Shown here piece by piece: positions 44,967 through 54,374 of a DNA stretch of 57,206 nucleotides (position 1 is its first letter; each line of letters begins with the position of its first letter). The translations under genes were made by a program, and so were the position numbers. Under the pieces are notes generated by a model. It was not told the origin of the DNA, did not search any database, and was given only the letters and a program-made list of their open reading frames with translations. The stretch comes from Candidatus Woesearchaeota archaeon (lineage in GTDB: Archaea > Nanobdellota > Nanobdellia > Woesearchaeales > UBA10216): assembly GCA_016180105.1 (NCBI GenBank), contig JACPBZ010000026.1:1-57206 (forward strand). Direction: 5' to 3'.

Positions 44967-44996
44967 TAGGATATAAGAGAAGGTAGAAATATAAAA

Positions 44997-45221
44997 CTAG
45001 CGTTTGCTTCGCATCCTTCTCTCAGAAATTTCCTTGGTTGGCGGGTTCCTGTTCTGCTTGAGGAAGCGGTCAATCCTGTCCTGGTCAGCCTGCTTTTGCT
45101 TGTTCTGCTCCTCATTGAGGTCAGGCATGGCTATGTCCACGGTTGCCGGCTTGTCCTTCTGGAACTTCGCATACCTCAGCGCTTTTGCGCTGATTTTCTT
45201 TTCCTTCTTTCTTTTGCCCAT
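44997..45221 (-). CDS. Small highly basic protein (74 aa), function unknown
   Basis: MGKRKKEKKISAKALRYAKFQKDK.... The remainder of the 184-aa track ORF overlaps ccdA out of frame and is discounted. Confidence 0.35.
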   Translation of the reverse strand: MGKRKKEKKISAKALRYAKFQKDKPATVDIAMPDLNEEQNKQKQADQDRIDRFLKQNRNPPTKEISERRMRSKR

Positions 45222-45265
45222 TTTCGGTTTTCGAATTAGCTTCCCATTTATAAAACTTTTTCCTT

Positions 45266-45982
45266 CTATGGACCCATCAGGCTTCCAGCGAACGCCAGGT
45301 TGGCAATCTTGGCAAGGTTGTTGGTGAATACAAGTATGCCAAGGATTATCAGGATGATGCCTGCAACTATGCTTACGTATTTCATCACGTTCTGGTATTT
45401 GCTTATCGCTGCCGCTGCCTGTGACGTGAATAGCCCTACAATGAGAAATGGCAATCCCAGGCCCAGCGCGTAAGAAAACAGCATCCCGAAGGCTATTGTC
45501 GGTTGTGTCAGCGCAAGGGTCAGTATTGCTCCAAGGATTGCCCCTACACACGGCGTCCAGCCCACCGCAAATGCGGCCCCGAAAATGAACGATGCGAAAT
45601 GGCTTGGTTTTAGCCCTTTCAGCTTCAGCTTGTGCTCCTGCTGCAGGAACTGCGGCTTTATGATGCCGAGAAGCACAAGGCCGAACAGGATTATCACTAC
45701 GCCTCCAATTTTTCCCAGCAAGTCCCTGAGCGTGTACGAGATGTTCAGGAGCACGCTGTTGATTAGCGCTCCCAGCAAGGCAAACACTAGGGTGAAGCCC
45801 AGGACGAACAGCAGCGTGTTGAGGAAAATTGCGGCTTTGGCTTTTTTCGCGTCTTTTTTCGTTTCTGCAGCTGTGGTGCCTGAAAGGTATGCCACGAATG
45901 CTGGCACCAGTGGAAGGACGCAGGGTGACAGGAAGGATGCCAGGCCGGCAGCGAATGCAACAAGGAGTGTGACTTCGCTCAT
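45266..45982 (-). CDS. ccdA: CcdA/DsbD-family thiol:disulfide transmembrane electron transporter
   Basis: 238 aa with six TM helices and the conserved LSPCVLPLVP and WTPCVG Cys motifs. Confidence 0.85.
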   Translation of the reverse strand: MSEVTLLVAFAAGLASFLSPCVLPLVPAFVAYLSGTTAAETKKDAKKAKAAIFLNTLLFVLGFTLVFALLGALINSVLLNISYTLRDLLGKIGGVVIILFGLVLLGIIKPQFLQQEHKLKLKGLKPSHFASFIFGAAFAVGWTPCVGAILGAILTLALTQPTIAFGMLFSYALGLGLPFLIVGLFTSQAAAAISKYQNVMKYVSIVAGIILIILGILVFTNNLAKIANLAFAGSLMGP

Positions 45983-46071
45983 TCCTCCACCGCCTTTTTC
46001 AGCGCTTCAGCTGCACCGCATCCAGCTATGGCAAGTAGCAGTAGAAGTACGATTGCTGCCTCTGTTTTCAT
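45979..46071 (-). CDS. 30-aa signal/lipobox-like micro-ORF coupled to ccdA
   Basis: Own translation: MKTEAAIVLLLLLAIAGCGAAEALKKAVEE. Its TGA overlaps the ccdA ATG (ATGA). Confidence 0.3.
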   Translation of the reverse strand: MKTEAAIVLLLLLAIAGCGAAEALKKAVEE

Positions 46072-46276
46072 GATGCGGAAAGAATCTTGATCGTATTTAT
46101 TCTTTTTGCTTTACTTCGGCTTCTTGTGCTTTGCGCAAGTGGTGCACATCTTCTATCACCTCGATAGGTGCCTTTATTTTTCTTCTTTAAATCGTTTTCG
46201 TTTGAAACTGCAATCTTCAGGATTGGCCTGCGTGCTGTCAAAAACTTTAAATAACTGTTGCCGTGAAATTTGGCTT

Positions 46277-46753
46277 ATGCCTTTGAGACAGCCTGAGTCA
46301 ATGGATGAGTGCGTTTACTTCACTCAGCGCTCCCTCGACGGTGGGAAGGGCAGCGTGAAAGTGTGGGTTTTCAAGCAGACCTGCCCTAAGTGCAAGAAGG
46401 CAACTATGGGCAAGCCCAAGGACAGCAAGGGCAAGGTCAAGACTCGCGCAGCGGAATACGTTTGCCCGGGCTGCGGCCATTCTGTTGAGAAGAAGGCTTA
46501 CGAGGACTCCCTCACGGCAAACGCAGAGTACCGCTGCCCGGCTTGCGGCAGTGATGGGGAAGCTCAAACGCCTTTCAAGAGGAAGAATGTTGAGGGCATT
46601 CCCACTCTTCGGTTTAATTGCTCCAAGTGCAGCGCCAACATAGACGTCACGAAGAAGCTGAAGGAGAAGCCCACTTTGACATCAGTCGAAGGGGCCCCGT
46701 CGCAGCAGCGACGTGGGAAGGGAAATGGCGCAGAGTCGCTTGACGATGGCTAG
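46277..46753 (+). CDS. Multi-zinc-ribbon protein
   Basis: The start is taken at MPLRQPES (46277). The product has CPKC...CPGCG...CPACG...CSKC. Confidence 0.45.
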   Translation: MPLRQPESMDECVYFTQRSLDGGKGSVKVWVFKQTCPKCKKATMGKPKDSKGKVKTRAAEYVCPGCGHSVEKKAYEDSLTANAEYRCPACGSDGEAQTPFKRKNVEGIPTLRFNCSKCSANIDVTKKLKEKPTLTSVEGAPSQQRRGKGNGAESLDDG

Positions 46754-46805
46754 TGAGTATATCGATTAAGCTTAAATACGTGTTTCATGTTCTCCTTTTT
46801 TTTAG

Positions 46806-47393
46806 ATGGGCTGCATTTCAGTTAGGCTGCTTAAGCCTCAGGATGCTGAGGTCGCCGGTGGGATAGTGGGCGTAGCGCACAGTATTTTTGAGGACCTCGG
46901 TGCTTACGAAGGTGCTGCTTGGATTTCTGGGGATTTCATTCCATCCCTCAAGAGGCGCATTGAGCTAGGCGAAGTTGTAGTGGGCGCCGAAGCCTGTGGC
47001 GGGCTTGTTGGGGTTTATGAGTTGCCTGTTTTTTTGAGGAGAGGGCAAGTAATCGAAAACCCTGGGGAAAGCTGGGGTTGGTTGGCAACTTCTGTTCACG
47101 GCCAGGGAATCGGCTCTGCATTGATGGAGCGGTTGGCGGCTGTTTTTGGCTATGCGGCCAATGTTGCGCACACGGAAGAGCTTATTCATACGGAGCAGGC
47201 AACAAACAGCATGAATAAGCGGTTTTTTGTGAGAAATGGCTATACGGTGATTGATGAAAAAGACAGGGTTCGTCACGTGTTTTATCTTTGCCAGCGTTCA
47301 TTTCCCGCTTCGGACGGGCATCAGCTTTCTGCTCTTGAGCGGGAAATAGCCCGGGCAATTTTGGAGCCTTCGCTTCAGAGGCAAACTATTTAA
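46806..47393 (+). CDS. GNAT-family N-acetyltransferase (putative)
   Basis: 195 aa with an HGQGIGSALMERL acetyl-CoA-binding motif A and a downstream FFVRNGY. Confidence 0.55.
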   Translation: MGCISVRLLKPQDAEVAGGIVGVAHSIFEDLGAYEGAAWISGDFIPSLKRRIELGEVVVGAEACGGLVGVYELPVFLRRGQVIENPGESWGWLATSVHGQGIGSALMERLAAVFGYAANVAHTEELIHTEQATNSMNKRFFVRNGYTVIDEKDRVRHVFYLCQRSFPASDGHQLSALEREIARAILEPSLQRQTI

Positions 47394-47417
47394 ACAATTC
47401 CGGTTCCTTTTTTCTTT

Positions 47418-49512
47418 ATGGCAAAAAAAGCTGAGCTGGCTTCAGGGGAGAAAATCCTTGTGACGGCGGCATTGCCGTATGCCAACGGCCCCATTCATCT
47501 TGGGCATCTGGTTGAGTACGTCCAGGCAGATGTGTTCGTGAGGTTCCTTAGGCTTTCAGGAAAGGATGTGGTTTTTCTCTGCGCTGATGACACCCACGGG
47601 ACTCCCATTGAGATTGCGGCCTCGAAGCAGAACATTACTCCTGAGCAGCTCATTGCGAAGTATTATGAGGAGCATCAGGCTGATTTTGCGGCGTTTGGCA
47701 TCAGGTTTGACGTTTACCATTCAACAAACAGCCCTGAGAACAAGCATTACAGCGACCTTTTCTTTAGGAAGCTGACTGATAAGCGCCTGATTTACGAGAG
47801 GCTGATTAAGCTGACATACTGCGATAGTTGCAAGCGCTTCCTTCCTGACCGGTATGTCAGGGGCAAATGCCCGAAGTGTGGTGCTGATGACCAGTATGGC
47901 GACCAGTGCGAGAAGTGCAATGCGACTTACCAGCCTGTTGACCTTGTTGAGCCGAAGTGCGCGATTTGCGGCTCTCTTCCGGTCAGGAAGCAGTCTGTGC
48001 ATTACTTCTTCAAGCTAAGCGATTTCTCGGCCAAGTTGACGGAGTGGCTTGACGCGAATCATATCCAGGATGATGTCCGGCATTTTGTCGAGGGCTGGAT
48101 AAGGTCAGGCCTTCAGGATTGGGATATTTCCCGCGATGGCCCATACTTCGGCTTCAGGATTCCGGGTGAGACGAACAAGTACTATTATGTTTGGCTTGAC
48201 GCTCCCATTGGCTATATCGCCGCGACTGAGAAGTACGTGAAGGATGCTGGCGGAAGCAATGCCGTTGACGCTTACTGGCAGAATCCCAACGCGAGAATTA
48301 TCCACTTTATCGGCAAGGACATTACGCAGTTCCACTTGCTTTTCTGGCCTGCAATCCTTATGGGAGCCGGCTTCAGGCTGCCGTCGGACATCATTGTCCA
48401 CGGTCACCTTACTATCAATGGCGAGAAGATGTCAAAGTCCCGTGGCAATTTTCTTGTGGCTCGCGATTACCTTGCTGCGCCAGCGCACGATCCTGAATTC
48501 CTCAGGTTTTATTACGCTTCCCATCTCGTGAAACAGCGACCTTGTTGGGAACTTGGCAAATTTTGTGCACCGCACCTTGGTGTTCATCAATAACAACTTT
48601 GATTCCAGGCTTGGCAGCCTGGGCAGTGATGAGAAGTTCTTTTTGCAGCAGCTGCAGCCAAAATACGATTCTATTGTCCGGCATTACTCCGAGTACGATT
48701 TCAAGGATGCCGTGAAGGAGCTTCTTGAGCTTAGCAGTACGGGAAACAGGTATTTTCAGGAAAACCAGCCCTGGCAGCTAGTGAAGGCTGACAGGAAAAA
48801 ATGCCATAAAATCGTGACTGTTGCAGCGAACATAGTTAAGGACCTTATGCTGCTTTGCTATCCGATTTTGCCCGGTTATTCGGAGAAGGTTTTGAGGCTT
48901 TTTGGCTTTAGCGATTTTGCAAGGCTTGGCCTTGGCGAGCTTGGCAAGGCTGTTTCGGTGGAACGGATTGGCCAGTCAAGGATTATCTTCGCGCCCATTG
49001 AGGAAACAATTTCGATTGCGGAAATTTTTCCGGCCGTTCTTAGGGTGGGCCGGGTTGAAAGTGTTGAGGACCATCCGAATGCGGACAAGCTTTACGTCCT
49101 GAAGGTCAATCTCGGCGGCAGCGGTGGTAAGCCTAAGATAATCCAGCTGGTTGCTGGTTTGCGGCAGCATTACGGGAGAGATGAGCTTCTTGGAAGGAAA
49201 ATAGTTGTTGTCTCGAACCTGAAGCACGCGAAGCTTCGCGGCTATGAGAGCGAAGGGATGCTTCTCGCGGCAGATGATGGGAAGAAAGTTGTTCTTGTTT
49301 CGCCTGTGGATTCCCAGCCTGGAGACTTGGTGTTTCCAGAGGGCTCTGATGCTGATAAGATTGCATCATCCAGGAAGCAGCTGGCCATTGACGGGTTTTA
49401 CAGGCTTGGCTTGAAAGTGAGGGATGAGAGGGTGATGTTCGGGCTTAAGTCTTTGAGGACTGCAAGGGAAGTCATCCCTGTTGATGCTGCCGATGATGCC
49501 GTGGTTAGGTAA
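47418..49512 (+). CDS. metG: Methionine--tRNA ligase with a C-terminal tRNA-binding (Trbp111/EMAPII-like) domain. The reading frame is interrupted near 48531.
   Basis: ORF1 has PYANGPIHLGH, the Zn knuckles CPKCG...CEKC...CAIC and KMSKSRGN. ORF2 starts within the conserved LVGNLANFVHR helix and ends with the VEDHPNADKLYVLKV OB-fold. The frame switch is at the AAA run 48531-48533. Confidence 0.85.
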
Positions 49513-49572
49513 ATTTTTCTTCAAAAAGTTTCACCAAAAACTATTTAAACTTGTTTGGCAAGTTTGAAGTTC

Positions 49573-50169
49573 ATGGGGAAGGGCAACAAGGACGCTGTCA
49601 GTGTTGGGAATTCTGTGGGGAATGGTGCCAAGGTTGATGTTGTGACTGGTGAGCTGTGCCCTGTGTGCAGTCAAAAATCCCTTGCATTGTCTGAGAGGGA
49701 GCAGGAGATTCCGTATTTTGGCAAGGTCCTGATTTTTTCGATGACCTGCAACGGCTGCAAGTTTCACAAGGCTGATGTGGAGTGCGTTGAGGAGCGCGAG
49801 CCCGCAAGGTATTCGATTGAGGTGTCCGGTTCAGAGGATATGGCGATTCGCGTGGTGAAGTCGGGCCAGGCCAGCGTGAAGATTCCTTACGTTGCTGATA
49901 TTGAGCCTGGAGAAGCCTCAAACGGTTACGTCACGAATATAGAGGGCCTTCTTCAGCGGGTCAAGCATCAGGTTGAGGTCATCAGGGATACTGATGAGGA
50001 TGATGCTGCTGTCCAGAAGGCCAAGAGCCTGATTAAGAAAATCAACAGGTGCGTGTGGGGCGAGGAGAAGCTCAAGATAATCATTGAGGATGCTACTGGC
50101 AACAGCGCGATAATAAGCGACAAGGTGGTTGTGCAGAAGCTTGCCGGGAAAGTGAAGTCTGCACAGTAA
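49573..50169 (+). CDS. ZPR1-type zinc finger protein
   Basis: CPVCSQKSL...EIPYFGKVLIFSMTCNGCKF followed by a ZPR1 beta-domain pattern. Confidence 0.75.
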   Translation: MGKGNKDAVSVGNSVGNGAKVDVVTGELCPVCSQKSLALSEREQEIPYFGKVLIFSMTCNGCKFHKADVECVEEREPARYSIEVSGSEDMAIRVVKSGQASVKIPYVADIEPGEASNGYVTNIEGLLQRVKHQVEVIRDTDEDDAAVQKAKSLIKKINRCVWGEEKLKIIIEDATGNSAIISDKVVVQKLAGKVKSAQ

Positions 50170-50201
50170 GTTATTAAATCCTTGGCTGTTCCTTGTTTTC
50201 T

Positions 50202-50897
50202 ATGCCTGTGTTTGGAGTCATTGGTGCAATGGATGCGGAGATTAAGCTTCTTCTTAAGAGCGCAAGTGGGATTGAACGGAAAAGATATGCTTCTATGGAT
50301 TTTTATTCAGGGCAGCTTGGAGGCAAAAGCGTCGTAATTGTCAAATGCGGCGTTGGCAAGGTCAATGCGGCTGCGTGTGCGCAGTCGCTGATTTCAGTTT
50401 TTGGAGTTGGGCAGGTTCTGTTTACCGGTGTTGCCGGGGCTGTTTCAGGTCGGCTTGGGATTGGCGATGTTGTTGTTTCTGAGGATTGCGTCCAGCACGA
50501 CGTTGATGCGACAGCTTTGGGCTATAAGCCTGGCCAGATTTGCTTTACTGATTTCCGCTTTTTTAAGGCTGACAGGAAACTTGTCAACGCGGTTTGCTCT
50601 GCAGCAAGGAGCCTTGGCATTAGATGTGCCAAGGGTCGCATCCTGACGGGGGATAAGTTTGTGACTGGCGCAGCTGAGTTAAGCAAGCTTAGGGAAGCCT
50701 TTGGCGGCGACTGCATTGAGATGGAGGGCGCGGCAGTGGCCCACGTTTGCTCACTGAATAAAGTGCCTTTTGTGATTATCCGTTCAATATCAGACAAGGC
50801 AGACCATTCTGCGCCGGTTGATTTTCGGAAGTTCGTGGAGAAATCCGCTGCAGTTTCTTCTTCCATTGTTCAGGATGTGCTGAGGAGGGTTGGCTGA
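50202..50897 (+). CDS. mtnN: 5'-methylthioadenosine/S-adenosylhomocysteine nucleosidase
   Basis: GVIGAMDAEI, KCGVGKVNAA, IEMEGAAVAHVC and IRSISDKAD motifs. Confidence 0.85.
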   Translation: MPVFGVIGAMDAEIKLLLKSASGIERKRYASMDFYSGQLGGKSVVIVKCGVGKVNAAACAQSLISVFGVGQVLFTGVAGAVSGRLGIGDVVVSEDCVQHDVDATALGYKPGQICFTDFRFFKADRKLVNAVCSAARSLGIRCAKGRILTGDKFVTGAAELSKLREAFGGDCIEMEGAAVAHVCSLNKVPFVIIRSISDKADHSAPVDFRKFVEKSAAVSSSIVQDVLRRVG

Positions 50898-50899
50898 AA

Positions 50900-51283
50900 A
50901 TTGACCTTGTTGCGGGCATTGAAAGCAGGGGCTTTATCTTTGGGGGCGCTTTGGCCAGCAGGCTTCACGTGGGCTTTGTCCCAATCAGGAAGGAAGGCAA
51001 GCTTCCTTCAGCAACTGAGCGGGAGAGTTATGTGCTTGAATACGGCACTGCAGCCATTGAGGTCCACGTTGATGCGATACAACGGGGGGCAAGTGTGCTG
51101 CTTGTTGATGACCTTGTCGCCACAGGGGGAACCCTTGTTGCCGCAGTCAGCCTTATCAGGCGGCTTGGTGGGAAGGTAGCTGAATGTGCTGTTGTCATAG
51201 AGCTTCCGGGTCTTCACGGAAGGGAAAAGCTTGAGAAGCTTGGGTGCGGTGTTTTCTCGCTTGCCGTGTTTGAAGGGGACTAG
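50900..51283 (+). pseudogene. apt: Adenine phosphoribosyltransferase lacking its N-terminal 55 residues or so
   Basis: Homology (IDLVAGIESRGFIFGGALA...GFVPIRKEGKLP...VLLVDDLVATGGT) begins 3 nt after the mtnN stop. There is no in-frame ATG/GTG before the TTG at 50951, and the hood region (PGIxFxD) is absent. Confidence 0.7.
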
Positions 51284-51960
51284 GCATTGTCCTCGATAAG
51301 CTCCTGCATTGACGCGTATGCCCGCATGGCATCCTTCTTTTGGAATATCAGGGTGAGTTCGGTTGCTGTCGTCACCATCTCGAATATGTTTATGTTGTCC
51401 CAGTAAAGCTTTCTAGTGACTGCAAACAGTATGCCTGGCGTGTAGAGGAAATCCTTTTCGAGGGCCATTGACACGGAGACCAGGCTTCTTTCTGTTGTCG
51501 TCACGTTTTCCTGGCCGATTGCCGCGATTGCTTTTTTTTCGTTTTTGTCGTCAGCAATTATGGAGACTTCGTGGTTTCCGTGGATTACGTTGAATGTGTC
51601 GCCTGCCTCGTAGTTCACTGTCCTGTGGAGGTTTTCCAGCCTCCTGAAAAGCTGTGGGGTTCTTTTCATTGAGAGGTAAGCAAGCCCTGTTTTAAGTATT
51701 AGCTGGGCATGGGGGCTGAGCCTGACTTCCCTGACGTCCTTTTCGTGGAGGCTTTCGCCGTGTCTCCGGAGAGCCATTATTACCGCGGCGGTTTTCACTT
51801 CCTTGCCGAGGTGTTGCCGCACGTTGGGCATTATGTTCTCCGCGAGCGCGGCGTAGTTCACGATTCCCTGCCTCAAGCCTTCCTGAAATAGCGGCTTTTC
51901 AGCCACGAGCTTTTTGACAACTGCGCTTACCGTTACCATAAGCGGGAAACTAAATAACAT
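51280..51960 (-). CDS. Putative amino-acid-metabolism regulator with an ACT-like domain (COG2150-like)
   Basis: 226 aa, divergent from lysC. The assignment is by general resemblance only. Confidence 0.4.
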   Translation of the reverse strand: MLFSFPLMVTVSAVVKKLVAEKPLFQEGLRQGIVNYAALAENIMPNVRQHLGKEVKTAAVIMALRRHGESLHEKDVREVRLSPHAQLILKTGLAYLSMKRTPQLFRRLENLHRTVNYEAGDTFNVIHGNHEVSIIADDKNEKKAIAAIGQENVTTTERSLVSVSMALEKDFLYTPGILFAVTRKLYWDNINIFEMVTTATELTLIFQKKDAMRAYASMQELIEDNA

Positions 51961-52079
51961 CTTTATTTAAATTTTGTTATCCAAATAACATTAAGTTTAA
52001 CTATGCCCTGCCGTTGGTTCCAAAATAAGCTTTATATATTGTCGAAAGTTGGGACTTTTTTCAGGGTTGGGTGCAATCG

Positions 52080-53477
52080 ATGATAGTGATGAAGTTTGGC
52101 GGGACGTCTGTAGGCAGTGCTGAAAGCATAACTGCCATTGTCGGGATAGTTGCGTCCTTCTCCAAGTCGGGCAAGAGCCCGTTTGTTGTTGTTTCTGCTG
52201 TTTCCGGAGTCACTGATCTTCTCCTTGCCTCAGCGAGAAAAGCGCTTGAGAAGGGGGTATTGGTGGGTGAATTGGTCAAGGGAATCAGGGATAAGCATAG
52301 CCTGCTTGCCAGGCAGCTCGGGGTCCCTGAAGAGGTTTATTTTGCAGAGTTGACGGAGCTTGAGCACGTTCTGTTTGGCGTTTCGCTCGTGCGGGAGCTT
52401 ACTCCTCGTACCACTGACCGTATCGCGTCTTTTGGCGAAAGGGTTTCTGCAAGGATTGTGGCAGCTTTTGCCAGGAATAATGGGCTTAATGCGCGGGCGT
52501 TTGATGCTTATGATCTCGGGATGGTTACGGATGGCTCTTTTGGAAATGCTGAAATCCTTCCCGCTACCCAGGCCCTTATCAGGAAAGCCGTGAAAGGCAT
52601 TCCCCGGGGGGTAATTCCGGTCGTCACTGGCTTTATTGGCCGGACTGGGGATGGCGACATAACAACGCTTGGAAGGGGAGGAAGTGACTACTCTGCCTCA
52701 ATTTACGGCGCTGCCCTTGGGGCCGAGGAAATCCAGATTTGGACAGACGTGGATGGCGTGATGACTGCTGACCCGAGGATGGTTCCGGACGCGAGGACTG
52801 TTGGCGTCGTCTCTTTTGAGGAGGCTAGCGAACTTGCTTATTTTGGGGCGAAGGTGCTTCATCCAAAGACGATTATCCCCGCAATGGAGAAGGACATTCC
52901 TGTTAGGGTGCTGAACACGTTCAATCCTTCAGGAAAGGGGACAACGATTTTGAGGACTGTTTCCCGGGATGGAAGCATTACGGCAATTACCTCCAAGAAG
53001 AATATTCTTGTGATTAACATCAACTCGGCAAGGATGCTCCTCGCTTATGGCTTTATGGAGAAGGTCTTCAGCCTCTTCAGCGAGTACAGGATTTCTGTTG
53101 ACATGATTGCCACTTCAGAGGTTAACGTGACAGTGACCCTTGAGAGAAAGTATGATGTTTCGGGGCTTGTTGAAAGGCTGAAGGAATTCGCGAACGTGAC
53201 TGTCCTTCCTGGAAGGGCATCAATCAGCGTGGTGGGCGAGGGTGCAAGGTCAAGGCCTGGAACAGGCGCAAGGATTTTTTCCGTTCTTGGCCGGGAGGGA
53301 ATTAATGTTGAAATGACTTCGCAGAGCTACAATGACGTTGGCGTCAGTGTTGTTGTCAGGGAGGAGTCCCTCAATGAGGCTGTTTTGGCGCTGCACGGCG
53401 AATTTTTTGGTGGCGTTCAGGGAAAGAGGGCCGTGAAGGCCGCGCATCGAGGCAAGGTCAAATTTACCAGGGGGTGA
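52080..53477 (+). CDS. lysC: Aspartate kinase
   Basis: MIVMKFGGTSVG, TLGRGGSDYSA, and C-terminal ACT repeats. Confidence 0.9.
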   Translation: MIVMKFGGTSVGSAESITAIVGIVASFSKSGKSPFVVVSAVSGVTDLLLASARKALEKGVLVGELVKGIRDKHSLLARQLGVPEEVYFAELTELEHVLFGVSLVRELTPRTTDRIASFGERVSARIVAAFARNNGLNARAFDAYDLGMVTDGSFGNAEILPATQALIRKAVKGIPRGVIPVVTGFIGRTGDGDITTLGRGGSDYSASIYGAALGAEEIQIWTDVDGVMTADPRMVPDARTVGVVSFEEASELAYFGAKVLHPKTIIPAMEKDIPVRVLNTFNPSGKGTTILRTVSRDGSITAITSKKNILVININSARMLLAYGFMEKVFSLFSEYRISVDMIATSEVNVTVTLERKYDVSGLVERLKEFANVTVLPGRASISVVGEGARSRPGTGARIFSVLGREGINVEMTSQSYNDVGVSVVVREESLNEAVLALHGEFFGGVQGKRAVKAAHRGKVKFTRG

Positions 53478-53483
53478 AGTTTT

Positions 53484-54374
53484 ATGGCAAATATCAGGAT
53501 TGAGGGTGCAATAACTGCAATGGTGACTCCGTTCACGCCATCGGGTGAGCTTGACCTTGATGGCTTGAAGAGGAATGTCAGGTTTCAGGTTGAAAGCGGC
53601 ATTTCCGGCTTGGTGCCATTGGGAACAACTGGTGAGAGCCCTACCATAAGCGACGCTGAGCGGGAGGCTGTGATTAAGACTGTTGTTGCGGCTGCTGGAG
53701 GAAAGGTTCCTGTGATAGTTGGCACTGGCACTAATTCGACTGAGCACTCGATTGAGCTGTCAAGGCAGGCTGAGGAGCTTGGCGCTGACGCTGTTCTTGT
53801 TGTTTCGCCTTACTACAACAAGCCTACCCAGGAGGGCCTTTACAGGCACTTCAAGGCAATTGCCGAGTCAATTGGCATTCCTGTTGTTGTTTACAACATT
53901 CAGGGAAGGACTGGCGTGAATATTGAGACTTCTACCTTGGCGAGGCTTGCCCAGGTGCCAAACATAATCGCTGTCAAGGAGGCTTCCGGAAATCTTGCCC
54001 AGATGATGGATGTGCTGGAGCAGCTTCCCAAGACGTTTAGCGTGGTTAGCGGCGATGACAACCTCACGCTGCCCCTGATGGCGCTGGGCGGGAGGGGGGT
54101 CATTTCGGTGGTGAGCAATTTGCTTCCGAGGCAGGTTAGCGACCTTTGTGCTGCAGCTTCAAGGGGAGATTTTTCCACAGCGCGAAAAATTCATTTCGAG
54201 TTACTGCCCATATTCAAGGCCGCTTTCATAGAGACAAACCCGATTCCGATAAAGGCCGCAATGGGCATTGCCGGCCTTCCGTCTGGGCCGGTTAGGCTGC
54301 CCCTGTGCGAGATGCAGCCGGCAAATCTTGAAAAGCTCAAGGCTGTCTTGGGCAAGATGAGGTTGGTAAAATGA
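53484..54374 (+). CDS. dapA: 4-hydroxy-tetrahydrodipicolinate synthase
   Basis: 296 aa with GTTGESPT, YNKP and the VKEASG active-site Lys region. Confidence 0.9.
   Translation: MANIRIEGAITAMVTPFTPSGELDLDGLKRNVRFQVESGISGLVPLGTTGESPTISDAEREAVIKTVVAAAGGKVPVIVGTGTNSTEHSIELSRQAEELGADAVLVVSPYYNKPTQEGLYRHFKAIAESIGIPVVVYNIQGRTGVNIETSTLARLAQVPNIIAVKEASGNLAQMMDVLEQLPKTFSVVSGDDNLTLPLMALGGRGVISVVSNLLPRQVSDLCAAASRGDFSTARKIHFELLPIFKAAFIETNPIPIKAAMGIAGLPSGPVRLPLCEMQPANLEKLKAVLGKMRLVK

Noticed and set aside
45222-45551. N-terminal 110 codons of the 184-aa minus-strand ORF
   Set aside because: They overlap ccdA out of frame. Their composition is Cys/His/Pro/Arg-rich shadow-frame. Only the distal 74-codon part after the ccdA stop is retained, at low confidence.
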